DNA of 64,000 bases from positions 744,001 to 808,000 of the forward strand of contig JAAOMT010000468.1 of NCBI GenBank assembly GCA_016748015.1, written 5' to 3'. Below the pieces are notes generated by a model. That model was not told the DNA's origin, did no database searches, and worked only from the letters and a program-made list of their open reading frames with translations. Shown piece after piece: positions 26,646-38,455 of the stretch (position 1 is the stretch's first letter; every line of letters begins with the position of its first letter). This DNA is from Geosiphon pyriformis uo1. Taxonomy: Eukaryota; Fungi; Glomeromycota. Position numbers and translations under genes: made by a program.

Positions 26646-27615
26646 TGTTACCGGAGGTTTTTTGGTCTCTTTTCTTAAATGTTGTTGATGCTTGTTTGCT
26701 GTGAATTCACGTTTTCTGGATGTGGTTGAACCTTCGATAACTGAATTTATCTTCAAATTATCTCCTATAATTTGAACTGCTGGGCTTATAAGTGGAATGG
26801 CCAATTCCGTACCAGTTACTTTATGTAGTTACGTTGTAGTAAACGTCAACTCTTTCCCAGGAATTGCTCGTCTGGAAGCTCACTAAAAATGTGTAGTTAC
26901 TTTGCTGTGAAAGTCAACTCTTCTACAGGAATCTCGTCTGTAGGCTACCCAAATGATTATAATAAGAAAAGAAAGAGAAAAATAAAAGAAACGTAAAGAA
27001 ATAGAATTTTGTCAAGGAAACGTTTTCTATCCAGGCCTGGAGTCACTAACAGATTACTGAAATTGGTAGCTAATCAATTTCAAAATGTTAGTTGTGTTGA
27101 GAGAATTTCAAGTGTAATAATCAAAGGATTTGGTTTTCGAATATTTAATTTTTATTTGAGATATGTAAAAAGTGATTTGTTCTAATTAAGATACCTAAAG
27201 TAAGATACTATGGTAGGATATGAGAAGATACATTTTCTTGAAGAGAGAAGCTCTTCTTTTATACAACTTGTTGTAGTACTAGTCTTTGAACTTGCACTTT
27301 TTCTCTTTTCTAGAATTTTGGTGAACTAAAGATACATTTCGGCGAACTACAAGTTATTTCGCTGAACTATGAATTATTTCGGCCAATTTCCATTAATTTC
27401 GGCGAATTTTTGCTATGTTATATGGTTCAGGGTATTGTGTAAATTGATCATCTCAATTTCTATGGTCCAAATCGGGTTATTGATTAAATGATGATAATTG
27501 CTAATTTGATTAAATAATAAGTGAAATTCGAAACAATAATAATATGTGCTAATTAATGATAGGAATTATAAGGGAAATTTCATGCTAATTAATAGCTAAA
27601 ATTCTACTGGTAACA
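26646..27615 (-). repeat. 3' LTR of family A element (970 bp)
   Basis: TGTTACC...GGTAACA; direct repeat of 29933-30805. Confidence 0.95.
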
Positions 27616-28303
27616 TAATCTCCTCCTCAAGACTGAGCTCCGTCGAAGTCCAAGCACTATCTGTGATATTAAGATAGTAGTCCAAAATGATTGAAGTGAT
27701 CTGGTCTGAAAATTGTTGAAATTTCAGTTCTGTGAGTTTTCCAATATACTGAATCTTCATTTGTTGAAGTATTGGGTTTTGTAGGACATTTTCGCAAGTG
27801 TTGAACAAATCATAGAGTCTAAAAGCTGCTCTAAGTTTGTAGCGAGTGTTTGTTGGTCCAGCTGTTGTCTTGAATTCATTATGAATTTGTTTTTGTATAG
27901 CTTCAGGAGTGAGGTTTGTTGCTTCAAGTTCCAGTTTTCGTTTATAAAGTGTTTTTCCAATATGAAAGTATCTATAATTAAGGGTATGTTCATTGTTTTG
28001 TTCATTAAGCAGTAGTAGAAGTTTTTGTTGGATTGTGGCATTTGGTGAAATGTCAATAGGGGCAAATAAGAGGTTTTCTTTTAGCGCTTGTTCTACAAGT
28101 TCTGGTAATTGTTTTCCAGACTGACTTCTAGCTTTTCTTCTATAAGGGTGATAATTCTGAGAATTGTTGACTGCTGGGGCTGGGGTTTCTTTTTGAATGT
28201 AATTAATTTGACTTCCATTAATTGTTATGGATAAGTCAGGAAGTGTTCTCAAGGCTAACATTAATTTTTGGGATATTTGTTGAATATTTCGGGGGATAAT
28301 CAT
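27596..28303 (-). CDS. Intact additional ORF (ORF3, 235 aa) between integrase and 3' LTR; function unknown
   Basis: ATG-initiated, uninterrupted, stops inside the LTR; shares YxYFH(I/L)G, RAxxRxxxxF and K(L/I)TxxxFxxxxxQITxxIL with the family B ORF3. Confidence 0.8.
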   Translation of the reverse strand: MIIPRNIQQISQKLMLALRTLPDLSITINGSQINYIQKETPAPAVNNSQNYHPYRRKARSQSGKQLPELVEQALKENLLFAPIDISPNATIQQKLLLLLNEQNNEHTLNYRYFHIGKTLYKRKLELEATNLTPEAIQKQIHNEFKTTAGPTNTRYKLRAAFRLYDLFNTCENVLQNPILQQMKIQYIGKLTELKFQQFSDQITSIILDYYLNITDSAWTSTELSLEEEIMLPVEF

Positions 28304-28428
28304 GATAAAAATGACTAAAAGAATAAAGAAATTATTTTTGGGTATCGGGTTTTTATTTGTTTTTGGTTTTGGGTTTTCTTTTGAATTTATTTACTATGTA
28401 TTTATTAAAGGGGTTATAATATGCTAAA

Positions 28429-28929
28429 TTAAGTGTTCAAGTTTGGTTGTTGTTCTATTATAATTATTGGTTCTAAATTTCGTGGAATATCTTCAGGATT
28501 AATTAAAGGGGAATGTGTACCAATTTGTGGGATTAATGGTTCAGGATTGGTTCTGGAATGATAGTGTTTCAAACGGTCTCCATGTGCAACTTTTGCTAGG
28601 ATTTTGTCATCAAGTCTTAACTTGTATGATCCATTGCCTAGTATTTCGTGTATATAAAATGGTCCATCCCATTTGTGTTCAAATTTTCCACTCCATTGTT
28701 TTTCAGCCTTAGTTCTATGTAAGAGAACTTTATTTCCAACTTTGAATTCGTTGGTAGCTGGTGGCAATTTGTTGTCATGCCGTTCTTTTTGTTGAGCTTG
28801 GGAGTGTTCAATATGGGTGGCTGCAATTCGTCGTTTTCCTTCCAATGTGCTGAGAAGGGTGTAGGCTCTTCGTTGAAGTGTTTCTTGGAAGTTTTCTTCT
28901 GTAATTGGTTGCACTGGGTATGTTTCCAC
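28429..28929 (-). CDS. C-terminal part of gypsy integrase (GPY/F module), family A
   Basis: FKVGNKVLL...KFEHKWDGPFYIHEILGNGSYKL...HGDRLKHY; no chromodomain; upstream part in N-gap. Confidence 0.9.
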   Translation of the reverse strand: METYPVQPITEENFQETLQRRAYTLLSTLEGKRRIAATHIEHSQAQQKERHDNKLPPATNEFKVGNKVLLHRTKAEKQWSGKFEHKWDGPFYIHEILGNGSYKLRLDDKILAKVAHGDRLKHYHSRTNPEPLIPQIGTHSPLINPEDIPRNLEPIIIIEQQPNLNT

Positions 28930-29696
28930 NNNNNNNNNNNNNNNNNNNNNNNNNNNNNNNNNNNNNNNNNNNNNNNNNNNNNNNNNNNNNNNNNNNNNNN
29001 NNNNNNNNNNNNNNNNNNNNNNNNNNNNNNNNNNNNNNNNNNNNNNNNNNNNNNNNNNNNNNNNNNNNNNNNNNNNNNNNNNNNNNNNNNNNNNNNNNNN
29101 NNNNNNNNNNNNNNNNNNNNNNNNNNNNNNNNNNNNNNNNNNNNNNNNNNNNNNNNNNNNNNNNNNNNNNNNNNNNNNNNNNNNNNNNNNNNNNNNNNNN
29201 NNNNNNNNNNNNNNNNNNNNNNNNNNNNNNNNNNNNNNNNNNNNNNNNNNNNNNNNNNNNNNNNNNNNNNNNNNNNNNNNNNNNNNNNNNNNNNNNNNNN
29301 NNNNNNNNNNNNNNNNNNNNNNNNNNNNNNNNNNNNNNNNNNNNNNNNNNNNNNNNNNNNNNNNNNNNNNNNNNNNNNNNNNNNNNNNNNNNNNNNNNNN
29401 NNNNNNNNNNNNNNNNNNNNNNNNNNNNNNNNNNNNNNNNNNNNNNNNNNNNNNNNNNNNNNNNNNNNNNNNNNNNNNNNNNNNNNNNNNNNNNNNNNNN
29501 NNNNNNNNNNNNNNNNNNNNNNNNNNNNNNNNNNNNNNNNNNNNNNNNNNNNNNNNNNNNNNNNNNNNNNNNNNNNNNNNNNNNNNNNNNNNNNNNNNNN
29601 NNNNNNNNNNNNNNNNNNNNNNNNNNNNNNNNNNNNNNNNNNNNNNNNNNNNNNNNNNNNNNNNNNNNNNNNNNNNNNNNNNNNNNNNNNNNNNNN

Positions 29697-30091
29697 TTGT
29701 AGAGGTTGCTTTTGACTTCAGTAATGTTGTAGTCTCCAAGTAGGTAGTTGTTGAATCGGTTTTCGATGTATTGGTATAATGATTTCTTAAATGCCTCAAT
29801 TCCGTCTTGGATGTTGAATCTTTGCTTGCAGTGAGTGTAAATCGACTGGTAGTACTCTAGAGTTGTTATGTCTGAAGCAGACGCCACTTTGAAGTTGTTG
29901 TTGCTGTGTTGTTTCCGTGGGAGAGCACCAAATGTTACCGGAGGTTTTTTGGTCTCTTTTCTTAAATGTTGTTGATGCTTGTTTGCTGTGAATTCACGTT
30001 TTCTGGATGTGGTTGAACCTTCGATAACTGAATTTATCTTCAAATTATCTCCTATAATTTGAACCACTGGGCTTATAAGTGGAATGGCCAA
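29697..30091 (-). CDS. N-terminal pre-capsid extension of family A gag; frame opens inside the 5' LTR and reads through the PBS
   Basis: Open frame LAIP...PPVTFGALPRK...YQSIYTHCKQRFNI...KKSLYQYIENRFNNYLLG is weakly alignable to the family B N-terminal region; no ATG before the gap. Confidence 0.6.
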
Positions 30092-30805
30092 TTCCGTGCC
30101 AGTTACTTTATGTAGTTACGTTGTAGTAAACGTCAACTCTTTCCCAGGAATTGCTCGTCTGGAAGCTCACTAAAAATGTNNNNNNNNNNNNNNNNNNNNN
30201 NNNNNNNNNNNNNNNNNNNNNNNNNNNNNNNNNNNNNNNNNNNNNNNNNNNNNNNNNNNNNNNNNNNNNNNNNNNNNNNNNNNNNNNNNNNNNNNNNNNN
30301 NNNNNNNNNNNNNNNNNNNNNNNNNNNNNNNNNNNNNNNNNNTATTTGAGATATGTAAAAAGTGATTTGTTCTAATTAAGATACCTAAAGTAAGATACTA
30401 TGGTAGGATATGAGAAGATACATTTTCTTGAAGAGAGAAGCTCTTCTTTTATACAACTTGTTGTAGTACTAGTCTTTGAACTTGCACTTTTTCTCTTTTC
30501 TAGAATTTTGGTGAACTAAAGATACATTTCGGCGAACTACAAGTTATTTCGCTGAACTATGAATTATTTCGGCCAATTTCCATTAATTTCGGCGAATTTT
30601 TGCTATGTTATATGGTTCAGGGTATTGTGTAAATTGATCATCTCAATTTCTATGGTCCAAATCGGGTTATTGATTAAATGATGATAATTGCTAATTTGAT
30701 TAAATAATAAGTGAAATTCGAAACGATAATAATATGTGCTAATTAATGATAGGAATTATAAGGGAAATTTCATGTTAATTAATAGCTAAAATTCTACTGG
30801 TAACA
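29933..30805 (-). repeat. 5' LTR of family A element (contains N-gap)
   Basis: Direct repeat of 26646-27615; TATAAAA on - strand at 30447-30453; 20-bp repeat array ~30505-30600. Confidence 0.93.
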
Positions 30806-31987
30806 CCAGTTACTATTTATAAATACTTGTATGATAGAAAGTACTCTAGTATATTGTATTTATATTATGAGGAGGTTGAGCTCTTTAATTATTTTTTTGT
30901 TTGTATTATGAACTTTAGTGCTTATAAGAAGCTATTTAATTTATGTATTGTCTGATAGAATTCTGTATTGGATTTAAATTTGTTATCTTTATGTATTCTA
31001 TAGTTGTTTTTCTTATATATATCTAACAATACTGTGTATACTACTTTGTATAAAAACTTTGTATTTAAGAAGTAATACTTAGAACCTGTCTTTATTTTCA
31101 AATATGCCAAGACTGCTAATATGAATATTGTCAAGTTGGTACAAGAATTAAGAATAATTTATCAGATTAATATATGAATGATAAAGGCTAAGTATAGGGC
31201 ATTTATAGAGAAAAAAGATTTAATTAAATATAATGATTTTATACTTCCTAATATTTGTGGTTCTTTGTCTTTACTTTTTGTTGGTGTTGTTAGATTGCTT
31301 GGTATTACTGAAGCTTATGGCATTAGTTTTGGTTTTTATATACTCTGCAGTTTTTTTTCTGGTACTAATAGTGTAATCTTTGTTATAATAGATTTATAAT
31401 ATTGCTTTAATTAGTCCAAGTGGCTGGTTATGTGTAGAAAATGCATGATTCATACCTAGTTTAGATTATTTAGTCTAATATATTGTACTAAATAGCATTT
31501 AGATCTTACTTATTAATAATAATAAAATTATAAATTATAAAATTTAATTTAATTATGTATCTAAATAGACTTGTACTAAGTAAAACTTATATATTAAAAA
31601 AAAATTTAAATTTAAGTTTAATTTGCTTAGAAATTTTTTTATTAAAACAGTTTATTATTTTTTATTATATGATTTAAAAACATTCAAGCAAATTTAACTA
31701 AAGAGTAAAATAGCTAGTTTAATTATATATATTAACTTTATTAATAATAAAAACTTAGTTAATTAATAATATTTGTCTTGTTTTTTTATATTTATTTATA
31801 AATATCAATAAAAATAATAAAAAAAACAAAGTAAAAACTTCTTTCTCTCCTACATCCCAAATTCTTGAAAAAATACGAATTTTGAAAGAAGTTTTTTCCT
31901 GTCTATATTTTTCTTACTATTCAGTTAGATACTACAAAACCTTTTTTGTTTAAATACAAGACTGCTAACAGCAGTGGTGTTTCTGCT

Positions 31988-33793
31988 ATGAAAGAGTACA
32001 AGAACAAGTTAATTTCCAGTCCTGCTGTTGTGGATTTATCTTCTAGAAAGAAGTGAAAGGGTGGTCTGTTGAAAGAACCTCTCAAGATGGTTGGTGTTTC
32101 TGTTGGTAACACCACTGGTAATTCGGCTGTATCTGAGAATGAGGATACTACTGAGTCAAAAAACATTGACATAGAAGAGAAATTCTTGGTAGAAGAAACA
32201 AGTTTTCAACTGGGAAGTGGAGGAAAGTCTGGTGGTGATGATGTTGAGATGATGCCCAAAGATCCTAAAAAAATAATCACAAAGTGCATTCTTAGAAAGC
32301 CTTTAGGTACGATTGATTTCAGCAAAGAAAGTAATAATAATAGTGATATATTAGATGAGTCTGTTCTCTTTTCATCTCCATCTCCACCCAAGTCTTCTAT
32401 TCAAGTTTCTGTTTGCAAATCTTTTGCTTTGGACATTGACCTTGTCAATATCGCTGAAAAATCTTCTCAGGAAAAATTGATTTTTGTCAGAAAAATTTTC
32501 TCTGGTGTGAATGATTTTGAGGGGACTTCTACCCCCTCAAAATTTGGTGGGATTATTTGGGCAATGTTCACTTCTGAAAAGACAATAATGGCAGCAGCAA
32601 ATTTGGCCAATGAGTGTGGTGTTGTGGTAAATACTAATTTCAAGCACTCTGTCAACAATTGTATGAATCGGGCAATTGTGCTGAAAAAAATTCTAGTGAG
32701 AACATTTATGGAGGCTGTGGACATGACTATGTCTGAATTTAGTGTCATTAGGTCGATTAAAATACAATTGGTGAGTTTGTGGCAAAAAGCAATCATCGAA
32801 TTAGAAGATTAAAATCAGACTGATCTTTTGGCTTCTAAATGGTCTATTTTCATTGGGAAAGATGCAGTTTGAGTGGCCAGAGCAGATATTGACAAACAAT
32901 CATGGGAGGCCAGGAATAGTTTTAGGGCTTTGCTGTACACTCTCTCCATAGGAACTACCACTCATAATTTGTGAGACTTTATTGATTCTGTGGGTAAGAA
33001 AACCTGCTTTATTGATTATAATTCCATCAGTTATTCTCGTGCCCACTGTGTCACTGTGTGCTTCAATTCTGAAGTGGATTTGGTTGGTGCAATGACAGCA
33101 ACCCCAGTTATAAAAGAGATTGGTCTCCATTGGTCTTGTTTTTTTCTGGCTTTGTGTACAGTTTGCAAGAATTATGATCATACATCTCTCAATTGTAGGT
33201 CAGTCAAGAGTAATGTGGTTCCAGGCAGCAGAAAGGCTCCCCTTTCAGTTCAGGACCAGATTAGGTTAGCTAAGATTTATGCAAAGAAGTCTGCACTTAT
33301 CTCTTGTTCTCTGGCTTTTGGTAATAAAACTTGGGCATTAGTGGCTGGTGCTTCTTCCGCTCCCCCTCTTTCTGGTAGTAAGTTATGTTTGGGTTTTGTT
33401 GTCAATGGTAGACCTATCCTTCCTGTTGCAAATGATTTGGAAAGGCATTTAGTCAGTATTGAAAGCAGTCTTGTCAGCCTTGCGGAACAAATTGGTGAGT
33501 TGGCTAAGAAATTGAATTCATTTATGCTGGCAGTTTCTCAGCCTAGCCCTGGATGTCAGTTGCTGGTGACCCTCCCATCTCAGAATTCAAAAAATGATAT
33601 AATGATGGGTGCAGATTTGGGTGAGGCCACTAGTAATAAGACTGTTTTGGTTGTGGACTCGTCTGTGTCTTCCCATGTTATTAAGTTGAAAAATATGTTG
33701 GAGGGTCTCTTTAGATCCATGTTGAGCTTATCTGCTCATTTCGAAAGTTTGGTTTTGGCTGGTGGTGCAAACTCACAACTCCCTTCTCAATGA
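31988..33793 (+). pseudogene. LINE ORF1 (RRM-like + CCHC)
   Basis: KSFALDIDL, RSIKIQLVSLWQKAIIE, CTVCKNYDHTSLNC; premature stops. Confidence 0.88.
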
Positions 33794-36700
33794 GTGAGCT
33801 TATTTGGAAAGTTGTCACATGTAATATTAGAGGAATGAATAATCCTGTGAAGCAAGATGATATTATTTGTTGGCACAAGGACATGGACAATTTAGTTTCT
33901 ATTTTTACAGAGTCAAAATTAAAGGAAAAAGTTTGCCCCTAGATTGCTGACAAATTTGATGGTGTTTGGATGTTCACTTCTGGTTTGGAATTTGGGTATT
34001 TGGGTGCTGGTGTTGTTATTGTCATGAACTTTTCTCTGGCAAAGCATGTGTGTAAGGTTTCTGAGATGTCCGGTTGACTTCTTTTCATTAAGTTGCTTTT
34101 CAAAAATAAACTTTTGGTATCAATTTTGGGGCTCTATGCTGGTGCTTCTTTGGCAATTCAGTTTTCTTAGGCTGGTGACATCAATTTTCTTATTGCAAGG
34201 GCTGTTAATGAATCTTCTTTTCTCATTCTTGGTGGTGATTTCAATGAAGATAGTTCTCATAAGTGCACGAGTTTCAAGAAATGTCTTGACTTGGGACTAG
34301 TAAATTCTCTGGTTGGGAGCTTGATTGTGAAGAAGCCTACTTGGACAAATTTTAGGGATGTTGAAAAGACAATTGACTATGTGTTTGTTTCTTCCAACCT
34401 GGTTAATGCATTGGTACATTGTGATGTTTTTGAGGTCAGTGAGCATTTTGACATAGATCATCTGGCTGTTTCTGTGTCTTTGGGTTTGGGTGGGCTTTTA
34501 GATATGCAGTTGAACTCTCTCCACAAACAAGCAAACAAAGACAGATGGAAGTTCAATTTCAAAGGTGCTAATAAAGATAAATGGGGTGTTTTTGAGGGTG
34601 CCATATTGGCTAATACAACTATGTTCTCAGATGAGTTTGCTGCTTCAGTGAGGTTTTCAGATTTAGATGCAATGTGGAGAATTGTTTGCAAGATAATAGT
34701 ATTTTCAGCAAATAAGGTGTTCAAAAAGAAATGGTTCAAGGACTTTGATAGAGTCTTTTCCAAAAAATCTTTGAGGTTTCACAAGTTGGAGCTTTTGGTT
34801 TCAAAGATTATCAGAGTGTCTCATAAGGGGAATGTTGTAAATTTTGTTTCTTTCATGAAATGTTGGACTTTTCTGAACAGTGTGAAGGCTTTGGTCATTC
34901 AGGATCTAATGAACTCTGGTGTAGACTCTGGTCATATTTGTTCTGCTCTCTCAGGTGCCAGGATATTTTATCATGCTTCTAAGCTTGTTGAATCTCAGAT
35001 TGCTAAGGAGGCTAATGTTAGGTTTGCTATAAACAAAAGAATGGAGAGTTTTGAAATTAATAAGGGTCATACTATAAGAAGTATGCTGGAGCATCCTATT
35101 TCATAAAGTGGTACTTGATTATTTGGTTGTCAATAATGAACTGATTTTGGAACCTGATCTGGTTAAGGCAAAGGTGGATGTGATCATAGAGGGCTGAACT
35201 AGGAAGTGTCAAATAGTCGATGATGTATCAGATAAATGGTGCTGTCAATATCAACCTTTGGAGTATGTTTTTGATGAAGCTTTTTCTGGGGTGATAAGTC
35301 AGATTGATTATGATGAATTGTTTGGGGTGGTTTCTGTTCTTCCTGATGGCAAAGCTGCTGGTTTGTCAGATATCTCGAATAAGCTTTGGAAACATTGCAA
35401 TAGGTCGGTCCTGGAGATGCTGTTGATGCTGTTGAATTCTTGTTTGGCTAGTAAATCAGTGTTCGGCCCATGGAAAGAGGCCTGGATGTCAATGATTCCC
35501 AAACCTTATGAGTGGGAAGGTGTTCTGACAAATACACATCCTATTGCTTTAATTGAAACAGCTCACAAAATCCTTTCCAAGGTTCTTTTTGATAGAATCT
35601 CTGCTGTATGCAGTGCTTTTGATGTTCTCCATGGAGACAATTTTTTGGTTTTGAAGAGTACAACAACTCAGTCTCCCATTTTTGCAATTGGTTCGGTAAT
35701 TGAGGATGCTTTAGAAAAAAACTGTAAACTTTGGCTGGTTTTGCAGGATATGCAAAAGGCTTATGATTCAGTTGGCTGGGAGCATCTTAAAAAGAGTCTG
35801 GTCAGAATTAAAATGTGCAGCAAATTTATTTGGTTTTTTGGTAATATATACAGAGATTGTACCAATAGGGTTATGACAGACTTTGATTTAACTGGTGGTT
35901 ATTAAGTGCATAATGGCTTGGATCAGTGAAAGGTTTTTTTTTCTCTTCTGTGGTGCATATTTTATGATCCTTTGTTGTGTAAAGTTAAATGTCAGAAAAG
36001 TGTGTGTGGATATAGGTTGAACTCTTGTTTCATTTTTAGAAGTGGGCTGGACTTTCTTCTTTTTTTGCCACTAGTGCTTTTGTTGATGATACAATTTGGG
36101 TTGATAGCAGTCAGGCTGTTACTCAACATATTTTCAATGTTGCCAGTGAATTTTTTCAGATCAATGATATCTCTATTAATAATGACAAAACAGTGGCCAT
36201 TTCTATCAACAACAGAGTTGGCAATCCTTCTCTTTCTATCAGTAGTTCACCCATCTCTATTGCCAAAAAGGGAGAATCTCATTAGTATCTGGGTATTTTT
36301 TTTTCAACTGAGAGTCTTTTAAAACCTAGTTTGGCTAAGGCCCATTTAGATGTTTGTTTTTTTGTTAATTTGGTTCTGAAAAAGACTATCTCAGATAAAC
36401 AATTCTCGTATTTGGTATTGGCAGTTTTCCAGCCCATAGTTAGTTATCAGACACAGTTTAGTTTTATTCCGGTTGGTGTTTATAACAGATAGGATGCTCT
36501 GATTCGCAAGGGCTTGAAGTATAGGTTTGGCCTTCTACTTGATTTTTCCAGTGATACACTTCATCACTCTTCATTTTATGATCTAAAATCTTTTTTACAA
36601 GTTTAGTTTGAGTGTAAAGTAGCCTCTCTTATTGGTTTTGTGAACTCTGATGGGATTTTGGATCACTTGTTTTCTCATAGATCTCATGACTTGCAAGTTC

Positions 36701-38455
36701 AGTGCTGGCATTCTGTTCATCCGTTGGATTCCTCTGTTCATGTTTGTGTTAGCACTTCTAATAACTTTTTGGCAGGGATGATTCATATTCTTCTTGACTG
36801 CAGTTTGTTTTTGGGTGGATCTTTTGTCAGTTTTTTTTGGTTTTGCAGTGGTGTGCTCATGTCTGTTGTTTTAGACAAGTCTAGGTTTTCCAAGTTTCTT
36901 TTCTCTCTCCAGCGGTTTGGCATTGCTTTTGTGGATCAACTTTGTGATCATCATGGTGCTGTCTTTGATTGGTATACCTTCAAGCAGTGGAAAAAACTGG
37001 ACTCCTGTGGCCCTATTCCTAAATAGTTCAAGCTTGCTACTGCGTTTCTCAATGTTGTGTCTCCTCTGCCTAGTAATTTGCATGTTTTGGGTGGTTGTCA
37101 AAACATTCTTGGTTCCAGTGACTTTGTTTCTGTTTGTGATCATCTTTCCCAGGTTGGTTCTGGTTTGTTATCTGTATACACGGATGGATCTCTGAGAAAT
37201 CTGGGCACTGCTGGCTGTAAAGCTGGTGCTGCTGCTTTTTTTGAGGACATTGATTCAGGTTTGGGTGTTGGTGTATTGGGCTTGATGTCATCTACTCTGG
37301 CAGAATTGCAGGCTATTGCATTGGCCTTGGAGTGTGTTCTTTCATCTAGTTCTGTTTATGTGTTTTCTGATAGTCAGTCTGCTTTGAGTGCTTGCAAGTC
37401 AGAAATAGGTCTCATGTGTCCTGATTTTCACAATCAGTGTTGGGTTAAGCATTGTCATATTGCTAATATTGTTCATGATAAAAATTTGAGGGTTGATTGG
37501 CATAAGGTTAAAAGTCACTCTGGTGTTTTTGGGAATGAGCATGCTGATGCAATTGCTGGTGCTGCCTCTCTCTCTTGTTGGTGTCTTTGCCCTTACTTGA
37601 ATGAGCATTTTTTGGTGGCTGATGGTGAGGTAGTTTCAGGCAATTCCAAACACTTTGTTTGTGATATTTTTCATTCAGTTTGTCATGCACACTGGAAGGT
37701 TGGTTCTGGTTCTAGATTGTTGGAGAATAGTTTGCTTTCTGATGTTGATTGGCTTCACTCTTCCCAGATCTGGCATTCTGACTTGCATATGGCTACCAGC
37801 TTTACTAACAGGCCCTTGGCTAATGTTCATACTTATTTCATAAAGGCTTTGCACCACCAGTTGTTAGTTGCAGTTAGGAAGTGCCTTTATAGTAAATGCT
37901 ACCCTAGTGTATTGTGTCTATATTGCAGTGATATGGGTCTTTGGACTATGTGTTTTTTTGTAAGGTCAACAATTCTGTTTATCATCAGATATTGACCTCC
38001 CATGTGGCTTCTTGGAAGGCTCTTTCTGGTTTGTCATTTTCTTTGTCGGTTGTAATGCAGCTGTTGTTATCTTGTGTTTCTGATTTTCTGGTTTCTGTGG
38101 CTCTTTGCAAAGGTTTTGTGTTTAATAATTGGTTTCATGAGGCTGTTTCCATTTTCTGTGATCCCAAAATTGCTGGCTTGAAGGTTGTTAAGTTTGTGTG
38201 TTCTCTTGGTCTCACGTTTAGAGATGATATTTGGCTGGTTTATATTAGATATCATGTCTATATAGAAAGGGCCAAGCTGATTCTATCAGATGGTTCAGCT
38301 CTTGTTTTGGTCTCTGGTCTAGCTTCAGGATTTTCTGCTGGTGTGGTCAAATTGCTTGGCATTGTTGAGACTGTGGGCATGTGTTTTGGTTTTCACAAAT
38401 CCTGTTTATTTTTTTTGGTATAGGCAATTCAGTTTTTGTTCATATACTTGTATAG
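33790..38455 (+). pseudogene. LINE ORF2 (APE-RT-RNaseH-Cys motif)
   Basis: WKVVTCNIRG, LGGDFN, KTIDYVF, DHLAV; LQDMQKAYDSVGW, AFVDD; VYTDGS, AELQAI, FSDSQ, KVKSHSG; CLYC; many stops and frameshifts. Confidence 0.92.

Larger units (their letters stand above)
26646..30805 (-). mobile_element. Young Ty3/gypsy LTR retrotransposon, family A (interior mostly hidden by an assembly gap)
   Basis: Near-identical LTRs 26646-27615 and 29933-30805; CCAG TSD; PBS at 29915-29930; PPT at ~27621-27628; integrase C-terminus and gag N-terminus flank the N-gap. Confidence 0.95.
22760..31520 (+). mobile_element. 5'-truncated decayed LINE (ORF2 part + 3' UTR), interrupted by a solo LTR and a gypsy provirus
   Basis: RT and RNase H remnants (IPKLY, PIFAIGSVVKDALEK, MAELQAIALALECV) collinear across both insertions; 3' UTR motif at ~31396-31520. 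Confidence 0.85.

Noticed and set aside
26860-26945. Canonical hammerhead ribozyme in the family A LTR
   Set aside because: Core reads CAGACGA rather than CUGANGA, and stems II/III and the NUH site do not fit; kept only as an unidentified structured RNA
27317-27406. CRISPR-like regularly spaced repeats
   Set aside because: 9-bp cores with ~11-bp related spacers inside a eukaryotic LTR; no cas genes
27596-28303. ORF3 as a retroviral env gene
   Set aside because: No signal peptide, transmembrane segment or fusion peptide
28429-30375. Long ORFs (456, 427, 312, 265, 74 aa) spanning N-runs; apparent small non-autonomous 4.2-kb element
   Set aside because: Artefacts of translating gaps. The second gap is ~97 bp shorter than the matching LTR sequence, so gap sizes are unreliable and the missing gag-pol is probably collapsed assembly
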